62,161 nucleotides of DNA, filler included, from Sphacelaria rigidula (GCA_964200075.2; 7 parts of 7 records of this genome joined end to end with filler, not necessarily neighbours in it); one strand, 5' to 3'; counted from the first letter of the whole stretch, positions 47,401-61,400 are shown. The notes: generated by a model not told the origin, from the sequence alone. Numbers and translations: made by a program.

Positions 47401-48201
47401 AACACAAGTGTCTCTACACACTGTAAATGCTCGCCCAAAACAGAAGCAAAACTCCTTCAAAGCACCGTGTTCATTGTAGCGGAGTCAAGGTATCCGTAGA
47501 TGCCTGCCCCGTCTATCATGTTGCGGGTGTCTATATGCGATTTGCATGTCCTGGAATGCTAGGCACGGCTTCGCATCTCGGTTACATCTCGGACCCGTTT
47601 CACGCAGTCAATCAAGACCGCGAAATCAAGCTTTCTACATAGCCTTTCGATGAAAGCGTGAAAATGTTTCGATTTCGATCATTTGCTTTTCTTTGGCGAG
47701 GTCGCCGGCGATCGAAAGCCGTTGGTTGCCGTTCCGAGCACCAGCCCAATTACAGCACCGTTTTTATTTCTGATCTTTAATCTTCGATTGAACTATTTCC
47801 CATAAGACACGCCCTTAGTTTTTAGGGATTCGAGAGCCATGGGTAAACCATATGCAAGGCTCGCGTGAGTATTTCTGACGGAAGAATCTAGATAGAAAAG
47901 AATGTCCACACCAAGTTTTCCTGCCTCACGCATCTCGAAGCAAAACAATATGATGGCCGAAACTGTTTTGTTTGTCTCATGGCTAGAACAGGGGCAAAAA
48001 CATGGGCGGGCAAAGCACGCACGCTCGAATGCAGTACGAGCCTCAGTGAAGGTGGAATCACGCAAAAGGATTGACACTAAAACGTACCGTACGGGTGGAC
48101 AAAAACATCTCATCGGGGCGGTTCGCAGTCTCTCCAAACCGTGCCACTTGACCAGGATACATCCGGTGCGAAAAGTGAAGGGCAAGAGACAACAGTAGGT
48201 A

Positions 48202-48408
48202 GAGTCCCCCCACATTTCAGCCGATACGTAGGTACAGGTAACCGCGCAAATTGGAGCTGTTCGTGATAGGCCTAAACCGGTCATAAATCAATTCCCACGC
48301 GAAGGCAAGGCGCCCGCAGCCCATGCAGAGCATACGCACCAACTTACGCGAAAAAAGAGCGCGGTTTTGCGGCGGAACAGCGCCGCGGGAAACAAGGGTC
48401 TTGCAGTG
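48202..48408. mobile_element. ~205-bp Tc1/mariner-like MITE, copy 1
   Basis: TA-flanked; reverse-complement homolog of 49976-50176. Confidence 0.75.
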
Positions 48409-48419
48409 TACACAGCCTG

Positions 48420-48459
<40 letters not shown>

Positions 48460-49975
48460 CAAACTATGATTCCCTTGTCGTTGGATACACAATGCACATT
48501 AGCTCGACCTGTTGTTACCTCCGGGAAATCGCTTCAAACTTCAATGAGACAAGATTATTTCTGTGGAACTCGCTCGGCACGACACACCAAACGGCCGAGG
48601 ACGCCGTCGTCTGCAACTTCTGTTACACACACGGCCGATCATTATCCTAGACCGACTGCCTTGAAATGAACATCTATTTATTTATTGCTGCACTTTGAAC
48701 GCCTCCACTTCCTCGGGACGAGACCAACACTTTGCATGTATGAGGAAGGGCTAGCGCTAGGCGTAATACGCCTCTGCTGTGGGTATCTATGTATGCTTGT
48801 CCTGGCTTGGGGATCGAGGCACGCCCGATGAAATTTCTAGACCTGTTACGACTGTGTGCGGGAGGGAACAATGAATGAAGCGATGGCCTCCCTCAGAAAA
48901 GTGGCTGGTTTGAGCGCAAAAATTCTACATATCGATCGAACTTACAAGAGCTGAGCACACCGGCCACGGGGGAACTCCCACGATTGGGATCTTTTTCGCG
49001 CCAATGTCGCCGTTGTGAGGTGCTTCGTACGAATTGAAAATCAGCCATTTGTGCGGAACGGTTATTTTGTTCGTCACAGTTTTGGGACTGGTTGGGCGCG
49101 CGGGGGGGGGGGGGGTATCGCGGCATTACTCAAATTTTGTTTTGTGTTTCCTCTGAGGGAGCCGAAGTGTTCGTTGGCCATGGTGGGCAGGCATGCTACT
49201 TTACTTCCTCCTTTTTGACTTCTTTTGTGGCCGCAATAAGTCACGACCATTTGCATGTCGAAAATACAGGAAGCTTTGAACGACTAAAACCCAATATATT
49301 ATTGCGCCTCACAATTGAATCATCTCCAACTCCCCCTAAAGTTACTTCGCGCAGTACCCGGTATTGCTCGCTTGTATTCTCGTTCGTGTCTTTAGTCGCT
49401 TCATGCATTGTGCTCCACGATTACTTTGTGTGCCTCTACTGCTACTCCATTTTTTTTTTTCTTGTCGCCGCCCTGTAGGGCAAGTTGTCTGCACCTAGTT
49501 GCACTGGGGGAGAAAGTCATGGCTGGGCAACGGAGCGGTTCAGCCGTTGTATTCCGTAATTTGTGCCCATATTTTCGTGTTCCGTTCTGGCAGCTTCCTG
49601 TGCCGCTTGCCAATGGTTGCGAGGTGTGCCAGTCACTCCGCGGAGGTATCGAGTCTCCAGACCGTCGAAAGAGGGAGAAAAGAGCGTAGGCTCTTGCCTG
49701 TCCAGGCCGTAGAAATAGGTGAAAAATAGAGTAGGCTTTGAGTCTCCAGCCGTAAAAAAAAAGAAAAAGAAGGATGAAGAAAGCCTTTCGTCTACGCGTG
49801 CTTTTTGTGCTGTTCGCTGGGTTGGACGGGGGCTGTGGAAGGCTCATATTGGTCAAATATAGGAACACTTTGAACATAATGTGAGACAGCATGAGACGCA
49901 ATGAGATACAGGATAAATTATTTAGTAGTAGTGTTTCCTGGGTACACCTACCCCGTTGTCGGACAGAACGGGGTA

Positions 49976-50176
49976 CAGTGCAAGGCCCTTGTTTCCCGCG
50001 GCGCTGTTCCGCCGTAACACCGCTATTTCGCGAAAGGTGGTGCACACGCTCTGCATGGGCTGTGGGCGCCTTGCCTTCGCGTAAGAATTGATTTGTTGGT
50101 GGTTTGGGTCTAGCACGGACAGCTCCAACTTCCGCGGATAACTGTATTTACATCTTAGCTGAAAGATGGAGGACTG
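49976..50176. mobile_element. ~200-bp Tc1/mariner-like MITE, copy 2 (inverted)
   Basis: TA|CAGTGC...GGACTG|TA, i.e. CAGT termini with a TA duplication. Confidence 0.78.
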
Positions 50177-52439
50177 TACTGCTGCACGTCATTTTGTCTT
50201 TTGCCCAAAAATGAAAGCCTTTGGATCTCCCAACTCTCGACACGGCATGATGGGATCGGCTGTGCTACCCGCCGACCGTTGTGCAAGCCCGCGTCAACGT
50301 GACAGTCCGCGGATGGCGTGGAATCGGGCCGTGATAGACGGCGCACAATTATGCTACACGAACTGAACAGAGGCAGGCGTTCTTCAGTTGACTTCCGTGC
50401 GTTCGCCATGCGCAAGGTTGATTTTGAAACCAGGAGCAGTTTCGATCAACAGCGTACAAGATTACGGTATATAACACCCGCTCGCCTGCCGCAATTTCAA
50501 CGAATTCAATTTGTCAGGGCATGTATGCCCCGCGATCTCTGGCATCATGAATGCCAGTGTATGATGCCAGACAGTGCTGAAGGTTACTGTCTGCACTCCT
50601 CATTGCCGTGGTGTGCTGTGGAGTGGTTGGCAGGGAATACAGCTGTGTGCCTAGCAGTGCATCTCTGCCATGCGGTTCAGTGATGGATCGTGTCTTCAGT
50701 TTTCCCCAGTCGTCACGTCTCACGTCCTGATGGTAGGATTGCAACACTCAAGTGCCTCGGCGGACTCCAAACATTCTGCGAATAACACACGCACCAGACT
50801 ACCCATCCACCCTGCACATCAGCATTACAATGACTATTCTATCCACTGTGTATTCCTGTACTGTCTGCATACCCACCTTCGTTATACCTCCTCCGTTGTT
50901 ATCTATCGTGCCATCCGAAAGCAGCTTTTTGCGGTCTTTCCGAGTAGGAGGTTGGTGGAAGTCGGATTTGCGCACATGGCGGAATTTCAGCAGATTGCGT
51001 AAAAAAGTGGTCTCGTCCATTATTCCGTGATGTGAGCCTTGGTGTTGGCACCGTAGGACGCCTTGCGTCGAGGTGAAACTAGCTGGGTTGGACGTTGAAC
51101 CGTGCGGACAAGGCACCGAGTTCATGGGTACGGGTCGTTATATAATAATTAAACTAAAACCATCGATTTTTCGTTGTTTTCCATGATTCTCGAACGGATT
51201 TAACCCTGGATTTCTGTGTTGATGGACACACGTGCGCTACTCAAGCCCCATGTGCCGCAGAGAGGACAATAAGATTGAATTGTTTGGTTTTTTTCCTGTC
51301 CAGGTCCGGTCTGGGCTTCATTTCCCTCCGCTAGCTGGCTACAGCCCAGAACAGTTCAGTACATCGATGATATTTCCACAGGCATCATGTCATCATGAAA
51401 CGAGCTCATACGGTATACCTTCGAAGGAGGGCGGTGCTCTGGCACACGGGATCACACATGCAAGAGGAATGCATGTTTGCGTTAGCTGTCTGCGATGTCC
51501 CGTGTGTAAGAGTATTTGGTCGTCTTCGCCCTTGCATCTCCAAACAATTTCTGTCGCGGTACCAACCGTATCTTTACCGCAAGATGCGTCAACCCTGGCC
51601 AGGCGGTCGGCATCGCGTGAGTACTGTCTGTACGGCACAGCTCAACACGAGCCACCCCGAACAAAAGCACGACGGCGAACAGTGGAGAGCTACAGTAGCA
51701 GCATTAATGCCGATACAGTCCTTTTCTGGGGTTATGCCATCAGAGAGCATGAAACAACGCACAACGACAACGATAGCACCGCCTGCCCCGTATCCAAAGC
51801 CGTGCAGCTAGGGTACAGGAGGCGAAAGCTAGCTCAGCGCAAAAAATGGAGACTGCAACGCCGACCCCCGCCACCGCAACGATACCGCAGGCACGACAAG
51901 GCTCATAGCAAACGTTGGGGACACCAACCCGTATAAAGAAAGACAAAGCACTCCTTGTGGGGCCGTTGGTGTCCTGGATACCATCTTTCCGCAGCACAGT
52001 ACAGTCCTGTACTGTGGCTGCTGTGGTTGCAGTGGCTGCGGGGACCAGAAGGCCCGTGATCACGAGTGTGACGGAGTCTATACTAAAATCAAGTTTGCGT
52101 TATATAATGCGTTATATAATGTAGAGGGACTGGTGATAATTTAAATTAAATTACTTGAAATTAGTCAATGCGTTATATAATTTGGCCTGTACCCATGGGC
52201 CCGCGCTGTTGAGAAACGGCTTTTCTCACAACGTGTTTTTTTATACATAGGAAGTAGCCTTGAATGTGGTCGAGATAATCATGATGTTATGAATGTGACG
52301 TGTGGTGGGGAGAGCGCGAAATGTTTACAACGGTACCATATTTATATACGATGGTCATTCAAACTCACTCGTGTTAATTGAAGCACCATCTTCCAGGATT
52401 TTTGAATTCATAGCAAACTTGAAGTTTCACCACTGCAGG

Positions 52440-53032
52440 TGACGTGTTCATGACGTTTCATGTAACGTGTGACGTGAAATTTAGCGTAACGTGTCACGTG
52501 TAACGTGTAACATCTATTACACGTGTAATAGACGTTACACCTTAGACTAATGCCGAGATAGCCCCCCCACAAAACGTGCACCGGCACCATCCAACGAACC
52601 GGCTGCGATCCCACTATTGGGCTCGTCTGCAGCAATTTCGCCCACACGAGAGGCGTGTAGCAGTTCGAAATCAGCTATAATAACGCCCAAATCAGTCGCG
52701 TCGTGCAGCACGAAACCAGCTTGAACGGCAATAATGATCATCGCCTCCGTGCACGTTTTCGGCCGGTTTTGTTTTGGGGGGGGCTATCTCGGCAGCAGTC
52801 GTTACATGAAACGTTTCATTATACGTGATTTGAGCGTTTGGGCAATTAAACGTTCACGAAACGTTACGTATGTGACGTTTAAAAAAACGTTACGTTAACG
52901 TTTCATTTGAAATTTTCACGTTCCGTTCACGTTATTACGTTCATCACGTGAAAAAAATTAACGTTCACGTAACGTCTCGGCCAAAGCGTAACGTGAACGT
53001 AACGTGTAACGCTGTGGCACGTGTAACGTGTA
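52440..53032. repeat. ACGT-dense low-complexity element interrupted by a MITE
   Basis: Many ACGT/TAACGT/CACGTG motifs in 52440-52540 and 52801-53032. Confidence 0.8.
52545..52800. mobile_element. 256-bp MITE with ~23-bp TIRs
   Basis: GACTAATGCCGAGATAGCCCCCCC ... GGGGGGGCTATCTCGGCAGCAGTC; homolog at 26325-26567. Confidence 0.85.
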
Positions 53033-53121
53033 GACCACTAGAAAATTCCTATACTACGAGGTAGCCGAATGGCCGCGTGTGCCGCACTGCGCTGATACTG
53101 GAATGACGTTTTATTGTGAAG

Positions 53122-53209
<88 letters not shown>
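53122..53209. repeat. (CAA)~29 microsatellite
   Basis: Seen directly. Confidence 0.97.
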
Positions 53210-53211
<2 letters not shown>

Positions 53212-53269
53212 AGTTGGGCATAATAGAAATAATTACTGGCGCACACCCAAGTTTTTTTTTCCCCATGAG

Positions 53270-53369
53270 NNNNNNNNNNNNNNNNNNNNNNNNNNNNNNN
53301 NNNNNNNNNNNNNTTAATTAATTAANNNNNNNNNNNNNNNNNNNNNNNNNNNNNNNNNNNNNNNNNNNN
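53270..53369. other. Artificial scaffold-joining spacer
   Basis: N44-TTAATTAATTAA-N44. Confidence 0.99.
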
Positions 53370-54950
53370 CTCTTTCACTTCCTCATCCCACCTTTGTACT
53401 GCTCTGTTGCATACTATCAGTTTCTTCCATATGACTTTACTCGCTGTGTTCTTGGCCAGCTGCTCCCATCCTTCTATGATTTTTGATCCTGCCCGATTTC
53501 TTTCCATTTCGGTATCAACAGTATCGACGCCTTCCAACACCTCGGGAAATTTCACTGCACTTTTTGCCATCTCTTGTTAAAACTCTTGCCGTTTTATTTC
53601 CATATCTAGTTCATCGATTCTCCGTTTGTACAACTTCCCACCCCACCAATTTCTTTTAGCTCTCGTCTGTTGGCTTTCTGTCCATCGTAGGCAGTGATCT
53701 GTGGTTCCCACGTCCTCCGCGCATACATGTACTTCCATTTCTTCACCATTCCCACGCTTCACCACTACATAGTCAAGAACGGAATATTATTTCTTGTTTC
53801 CTTTGCATTCTCTAGTCCATGTCCATTGCGCCTCTGACTTTTGTACTCTATCGCCCAGCGTTTTCATCTTGTTATGCTCGAGGAACTTGAGTATTTGTAC
53901 CCTATTCGTGTTCTTCTTATCTTCCCCGCATTGCCCAATGATATCATCCGGTTGACCTGCTCTTCCTATCCTTGCATTAAAATATCCCACCAACATCACT
54001 TCTCCTTGCCTTTTATACATATGTATATCTGCTGATATCTTTCCAAACCCTCCGTTGTATATCGTCCACCTTACTCTTCGATTCTGGGGGCATGTAGATG
54101 TTACCTACGAAGAAGTCCTTCGTTCCCCGCTCCCTTGGTACTCTTAGCCATATGCTCTCGTCGAATTTCGTGTCGTCGATTACTTCTATTTTGTCACACA
54201 GATATTCCTTGACCAAGACTCCTACTCCCCACTCTCCCCTGCTCTTGGACTTCTGTCCCTCCCGCTTCTTCCCTATCCATGCGTACTATTCAAATTTGGA
54301 TCCTATTTCCGCCCCCTCTTTTTCCCATGACTCTTGGATTCCTACTATATCTAGGTCGTGTTTATTCAGTTGTGGCGCTATCTCTTTTCTTTTGCGCTTG
54401 TCTGTGACGAACCCACAAACGCTCTACGATCTCATTCTCAACTTCCTTTCCGAATCATAATCTGCTCTCGTGTTGTCTACAGTCTCTCTCCGTCGCTCTT
54501 ACTTTTACTTTCCCTCGCTTGGCTGTTCTTCCCGTTCTTACGTTGGTCTTTGTCCATTTGCTTCGGGCCGTTATGTCCCCTCTCCTCCCCCTCCCGGATA
54601 CTTACCTGTTGCTGCCTCTCTACCCCTCCGTTTACCCGTGGACCACGTCCCAGGTGCATTGCTCCATTAGCTACGCATACTCTCCACCCTATTCTTCTAA
54701 CCCATGCCGACACTTTATTCGTATCTATACTTTCTCACTCCTTGCTCGCTATCTGTTTTAGCGTGACTCGGAAGTGTTCTCCCTCCCTTTCTACTTTTCC
54801 TCTACCCAAACAGTGTAGTCCAACTCCCATCACATTCCCTTTCAAACTCTATTCTTGCCATATCGCTACGAACTCCGAATACCAGCACTACTAGTACCTT
54901 ACCCGTACACTCTTTACTTCTCCATCCGCTCTTCCTCGCCGCCTCTCTCT
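53370..54950 (-). mobile_element. Decayed LINE (non-LTR retrotransposon): ORF1 end and APE endonuclease of ORF2
   Basis: LDIVGIQESW, GVGVLVK, FVGNIYMPP, LVGYFNARIG (GDFNA), LDYVVV and TTDHCL (SDH) motifs in order, with stops and frameshifts. Confidence 0.9.
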
Positions 54951-55961
54951 CTCTCTCTCTTTCTCGAGGGGGGGGGAAGGTACGGGTGATGGGACGAACC
55001 CTACGAAAGCCTCTTCTTCGTTGTTTGTCACCGTGACTCTTAGTTCGTACCCTTTCCCGCGAACAGGTGAACGCGAGTGTTGAGCACATAAACCGATGTT
55101 GAACGTTGAGGTCATTACTCGGTGGGGCGGGGGTTGCGACAGGGGTGCAGTTTGGGAGCCACTATTCATGCAGGAGGTTATACGTTACGGCACAAAGATG
55201 ATGAACAGTGGCAAGTCCCATGAACATAGGCTGAGCTCGATCAGCAGGTGATCGTCTGAAAAATATTGTAACAACGAGAAAATGGGAGTTGATAAAACGG
55301 TATACACTGTTACCCCTCATGCAGCCCTTAGTACGACGACATGAATTATGGTACCGTGTGTAAGAGTCATTTCGGAGTGCCATCCGCTGTTGCTGCTGCT
55401 CGTGATATCGCGTGTAAAGTACAAATATCCGTGAGGATGGAGAACCCATGCAGACCCTTGCAGTGCAAACATCCAAATGGACCGGCAACATGCAGCCATG
55501 ATCTTCCGCGGACTCGCGGTACATATATGTACATCAATATGAATATCTTTTCTCAGGAAAACGTGCGAAAACAGCGAGAGTAGAGCTCATGCATTTGTCA
55601 TTTTTTCTGGTCGTCGTTCTCAACAACAGCAGAAATAATCTACACTTCTACCACGGTATATCGAATGCGTTGAGGCGACCAAATACCCCCCCCCCCCCGT
55701 CTCTGGTCTTATGACTATGGCATGCATGATCATGAGTACACCCGTCTCCCTCCGCTTTCTGGTCTGATTTCAACGCTGCAAGACATACCGAGCGCGCGCG
55801 TGTCGTGCAGAGGAGCAAACACCCCTATCAGCGCAAGGGTCTTGTACCGTGCACTATATAAATCGAACTACCGCATTCCACATGCTCGGTGAGGTGATCG
55901 GGGAGCACCATCGCTGAATAGATACCGCGAAAAAGAAGCAGAGTAGTGATGCAGCGCTCAC

Positions 55962-56040
55962 CTGTAGCGGGGTTGGTGTAAAACAACTTCCCAGATTTAT
56001 CCTTCTGCACAATCCATTGATCTGACGGCTCCTCAAGGTC
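55962..56040 (-). CDS. WW-domain exon of an IQ/WW-repeat protein
   Basis: CAG|DLEEPSDQWIVQKDKSGKLFYTNPAT-G|GTGAGC; 79 nt, in phase with exon 56980-57201. Confidence 0.8.
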
Positions 56041-56979
56041 CTGGCGCGTTGCAAGAAGAATGCAAGCAAATGTCGTACAGGAAACGGATTCATTCCAATC
56101 CGGGAGGAGTAATAGTCAATGCCAAGTAAGTAAAACATAGTGGGAAACTGAGAATGAAAAACCTGAAATGTTGTCACTTTCGGTGTTCAATCCGAATGCT
56201 CAGCACCTCCATGGTCAATGATGACTTTTCAGATTCATCGGTGAATGTGAAGGCTCGATGCTGAATCTAACGTTTCAAGCGTCGCATGTTTCATGTGCCC
56301 GCGTAATTTATCAATCCGGTACTTCAGTGCTCTTCAGTCTCTCAACGTTCAAAGTTACTTTTTTTACTCCCAAGTATTTCCCTTTTGGCCGCCGGAGTGA
56401 TCCATTTATAGACTCACTATTATTATTCTTCAGTCAGCTTTCGGGTGAAGAATATGCAGATCACACAAATGGACAAAATGTTGAAAACGCAATCTGCATT
56501 TCCGAACGCTGCTTGCCTTCACGAGACAGTGGCACTGAGACGAAACTTGTACACCGTCCATCACTTTCGGCCAATTAATGTGTTTGAAACCCGATGGGTA
56601 TGGCATATGTCATCGGTTTCCGTCATTGGAAACACGAGCACGTGCGTTAACGCAAAGTCAAGGAGACCTGACGAGCTGGGGGGGTAGTGATCCATGGGCT
56701 CGAAGACGAGGTGTTAGTCAGGTACCTGGGAAAAGACGTGTTTTCTTCCGTGTGACTACGTACACGGTCCGTAGAAAAGCGAGGGGTCTGAAAGTGCAAC
56801 GAAAAAAAACATGACACCGCGGTAGAATGATGAAACGCACAGAAACCACACAGAAGTAGCAATGAACGAACAAACGTCGACCTTCCAGTCGATGTAGAAA
56901 CAATATCTTCCCCAGGATGTATATATATATATATGCATGATTATTAATTGCAATGTGCATGATGTGTGCACACACACAC

Positions 56980-57201
56980 CTGGTCTGGCCGGAGTACCCT
57001 AGGCTTCGTAAATGTATCTTGTCTTGTTTTGTTGCTGTGGTAGTAGAACGTGCCGCTGTACACATCAAATCGCTTCTCGAATTGCGAAAAAACGAGCTCT
57101 CTCGCCCTGTCTCGTGCCTGCTTCATGCGAGACAGGCCCTGTGCCCGCGAAGCCGCCGTTTCTCGTCGCCTGGTTTCGACCTCATAGGACGTCACCAGCG
57201 C
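56980..57201 (-). CDS. IQ-like plus WW-like exon
   Basis: CAG|ALVTSYE...AASRAQGLSRMKQAR...FEKRFDVYSGTFYYHSNKTRQDTFTKPRVLRPDQ|GTGTGT; 222 nt, phase 0/0. Confidence 0.8.
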
Positions 57202-58485
57202 CTGCCGGTTTCGGGGAATGATTCAGAGATATACGTGAGTAACAGGGAATGCCACTCTCCGGAAGTCTGAACCGTTGAAGCAACTCCTTCGCCATGATTG
57301 TAAGACGTAGAAATGAGAGTATCCACACTGGACGGTAGGTGATCGCGGGTTTGGCTGCTATGTGTCGAGGCGTTTTCTTCGCCACCTACAAGCGGTTGTA
57401 AACAATCATCGATTCCGATATATGAAATATAATGGTCGGCATAAAAGAACCGTTGAAAAGTGCGTGAGGCTTGTGATACCTTGCCCAAAATATATTCAGA
57501 GAACACGATCATACCCCGTTCACCTTTTTTCTCGCCGTCTGAGTTTGACAGCCCCGTCAGACATCATTCAGGTTATGCCATACAAACACCTTTTACCAGT
57601 AGTCCGGCGTGGTGCATTTGCACGTGGCAAGGAGCAGCTTGTAGGAATTATTGCTGTCTCCACGGGGTGTTTCTTTGCTGTCAATATTCGGCATACGTTG
57701 TGCGAACTGAGCACGAGCGAGGATTGGGTTTTCGACCTGTTCCCCGGCAAAATGGTTCAGAAGCGCCGTTTCGAGCAACGAGTGAGTTGGGGATGTGAAC
57801 CATGATTTACGCGCAAGCGAACCGAATGAGCCGGTAAACTCGAGAATTTCGCGTCTCCGATAAAAATACTTCAGGCTCAACAACAGGGGGTGCCGCTAGT
57901 GCGTGACATCGTCTTGTCTAATATCGATTACGCCAAAAGGATGTTACCAGCATCTACGTGGGTTTGAAGGAACATCCACCAACACGCTGCCCTTCCCCGG
58001 AATCTGGTTCGGTGAATACGTTTCGAATATCCTGCATAAAGGCTTGCAGGTCAGTGATTTGCCAGCTAACAACGAGTCGACGAGGCGAGAATCGGTTTCA
58101 AGAGCGTTTTTTGTGGTGGCACGATTGGCTGGTGAGTCGCACCCTTGCAATTTTTTCAGGTCGATCTGTTGTTTGGGGCAACCTCCGACCTCCGAGGTCG
58201 GCCGAGGGTACATGGTTGGTGCACACAAAACCGAGCGCTGAACACATTCGTGGCTACGTGTGAGATGCCATGGCTATACTCCAGGCCCACGTTTAGCTGA
58301 CTCGTTGGTGTCGCGCCACTATCAGACTCCATCGCCGCCATCACCACTCATCAATAGAATGATTTATCTTGCGGCATCACCGCAAAACACCCTGTCAGAG
58401 CGCACACCCTGTGCTGCATCAACATGAATATTTAAATAATTAGATAGATGGTGAGGGGGGGAAATGGCGGCACCTTGTAAGGTCA

Positions 58486-61400
58486 TCAGATTTCGGGGCA
58501 AATGACAACAGATTGAACTGACTTATCCCTGAGAAGGAACGCTCCAGCTGTCGTCGCCTTCAATGCGTCGTATGAAGATGAAGACGACCTGAAACGTTCT
58601 CGGGTTAAAGTTGTGTATTCAAAATTGGTTCTCTCAAGATACAAACTCCCTTTGACGACGTCCATCGCCCGCACTCAAGGATCGAAATCTCGACAACATC
58701 TTCTCAACGACACCGCAGCTTTGGGGTGGGCTTACCAGAAAGCAGCGTGGCCATGCCTAGCGATACCGGACATTCGCCGGTGTAGTCGCCGGAAGTTTTA
58801 CACCAGAGGAAAAAAATCGAAATTCAGAAAACATACGTCTTGCCCGCAGGAGTTTACGTCACCCGGCGCTACACACCTTTTCTCCTTGTATGGCTAAATC
58901 CAGGATGTCATCATTCACAGGTTTAAGGTGTGATATGGATGTCTTCGGATTTGCTAACATCAGGATGTAATTTGGAACCATGCCAGATCTGCTCGCTTTT
59001 TTCCCTTCCAGAGACGCGGTCGGTCCATCCGTTGTTCACTCGGCATCACGAGAAACTCCGCTATCTACCCGTGACCAGGGCCACTCCACATCATACAACG
59101 TGCTGGCAACAGAGTGGCATCGGAGTGAATGACAGCGCTAGAGTGGTGCCACGGTACGGGTTCGCAATTGTTCTCTCGGCTTTGAATTGTTGGGAGCCCT
59201 TCATCTCATCCAGAACGCGACTCATGAAATGTGTGAAAGCACGCCACGATTAGCATTCCAACGAGGCAGAGGCGTCCCAAATGGATGTTAGAACGGGAGT
59301 GTCCCGACCCATAATCTTGTGAGGCTCCTCATTTTGGGAGCCCCGCATTCAGAGCATCTGAGCCCAAGTGTGCAACCCCCACTTCGGCATGACTCGCTGT
59401 CAAAACTACCGCTGCGCGCAGCGCGGCTACACACAGCATCTTCGCACGAAGTTCACATGCTCACCCTTTGCCAAAGTGCCATCGGTCTCCTAGGAGCTCT
59501 TTCCGGGGAGCGACGGTCTCCACCACCGCCACTACTACGGCCGGCGCTTGTCGATGGTCGCACGACGCGGGTGGTTTCGACCTTCAGCCGACGGATTATC
59601 CACTTGGCTAGGGCAGTCTCTCGGCCTCGTTCAGTCAAGTCGATCTGTGCTTGAAATGTCCAATAGACGGTGTGTGTGTGTGTGCGACGGAGAGAGCGTA
59701 GACTGGCTGTGTGTGATGCGGTAACGGTTTCCGTGTACGGTGAGTCGCGATGAATAACGAGTGGCTGTCAACGATCACCATGGACCAATCTACTCCAGTG
59801 CTTCTAAATCGAAGGGCAAAAAAGAGGGATGACGGTGTGTACGTTCTGCAGGTGATTCCAGTTCACCACGCCGCATGTCACGCACAATTTAGTGCGTAGA
59901 CACATTGGAAATCGCTCAAGCGAACCTTTGTACCAACTCGAATCGTGCTTCATGAAACCTGCCTGCAGCGCGTGGTTGAAAAGCATAGGACTATTACCCG
60001 GACTCTATGCCTGTGTTGTTGTCTGTTGTGATCGTGACGTCGAATATTTGACCAGCACTGGACGACCGGCAGCTTGCTCATCAGTGGAGGGACCCCGTGG
60101 GAGCAGGCTACTCTGCCGTCGGTTTACGTATGAACCTCCATTGCCTGTATATTTACAAACCTCAGGTGCTGAAGCCACCTCGTCCGTCTCGAGAGGACTA
60201 GTTCCGAATAAACTCAAGTCTGCAGCGCACCCTTTGTACCTGTGCAAACCCGGACAAGATATATCAGTAGCGGAATACGATAGAACTGTCGGGCGGGACG
60301 GACCGAGTATATGGGTATGTCGCCGTTCTGTTTCGAACAGATCGCACGAGCGGCAGTAGATCCACGCAAGTGACCGCCGCGCCCCGGTAGTGTAACGGTC
60401 CAACTCTGGCCACTTAGGGTGGAGATAATGTGGGTACAGTTCCCGATGCGTTGGGTATTTTTTTCCAAACATCTGATCCCAAGCGTCGAAAGCATGAGTA
60501 CGTGAGTAACCAGAAAGTAGTTGATTGAGCTTGCTTGAGGGGAGCTGACGCTATGCAGCAGTGCTTACCCAATCTGCGAGACCGAACTGCAAGGGATGTG
60601 CTGTACCGGGGAGACGTGGGTTGATCCCTTGAGACCACGAACTCGTCCCGAGGAGGCGGGGGGGGGGGTTACAATCACCACGCCAACGCGGACCGCGTGA
60701 ATACTCACTAGTGCGTGTTGTTTCCTTGTTGAAGCGCTATGTTAGCGATACAGACAGCGAGTGAATTCGTCATTGGGTTCGAGTGTGTCATTTCCTCGTT
60801 AACTTGAGGGGGCGAGGAGAGGATACTCGTGATCTTGCAAGACTATTGACCTCGCACCCATACGAAACTGTGGCGGAGCACGCCGGACTGTCGCCGGACC
60901 AGGCTCGCAATCACCAATCGTGAAGCACCGTGATGAGCTCGGCGAGTCGCATTACGGTTGAGCTGCATCCTGCCAAGAATGTTTGACCCGAAGGGTACTT
61001 ATTATCTTGCATATGGGATGACAGCCTCGAATGAGTTGCTTCATTTCCTAGTCGCTGCACTTCGAGTGACAGCTGCGGGTTATGCTGCCTTGTGGGTATG
61101 CCATCTTTTGAAAACTACATAGTACGATCATCCCCTCTACGCGAGGTTGAGATTCTCCCACCCCGTATGATATAATTTCGCTCAACCACCATCATGGTCA
61201 CCGCAAAAAATCAATTGCACAAGCGTGACGTGTTACACAGCGTCGTTGCGAACCGACAACATCACTTGAAGGGAAGAGGGGAAAGGGGGGAGAACCACCT
61301 GATTGCCCGTATTCACCCGTATTCACCCGTATGCACTGAGTACGTTTACAGGAAAATGACTCCGGCGTGTTATGATTTCGTGTGCCGTCCGGGCTCCATC

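Noticed and set aside
44477..47480. Several 100-140-aa ORFs, some hydrophobic (44966-45358, 46445-46867, 46975-47271)
   Set aside because: No recognisable motif or phase-consistent exon chain was found. Left unassigned rather than called.
48202..50176. 200-bp inverted repeats 1.6 kb apart considered as TIRs of one Mutator/foldback element
   Set aside because: Each arm has its own TA-flanked termini and the arms are clearly diverged, so two independent MITE copies explain it better.
50155..52063. Overlapping ORFs up to 234 aa on both strands
   Set aside because: No domain signature or convincing splice chain. Could be decayed coding DNA but cannot be supported.
53049..53321. Poly-Asn / poly-Val ORFs
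   Set aside because: They are translations of the (CAA)n microsatellite at a scaffold end.
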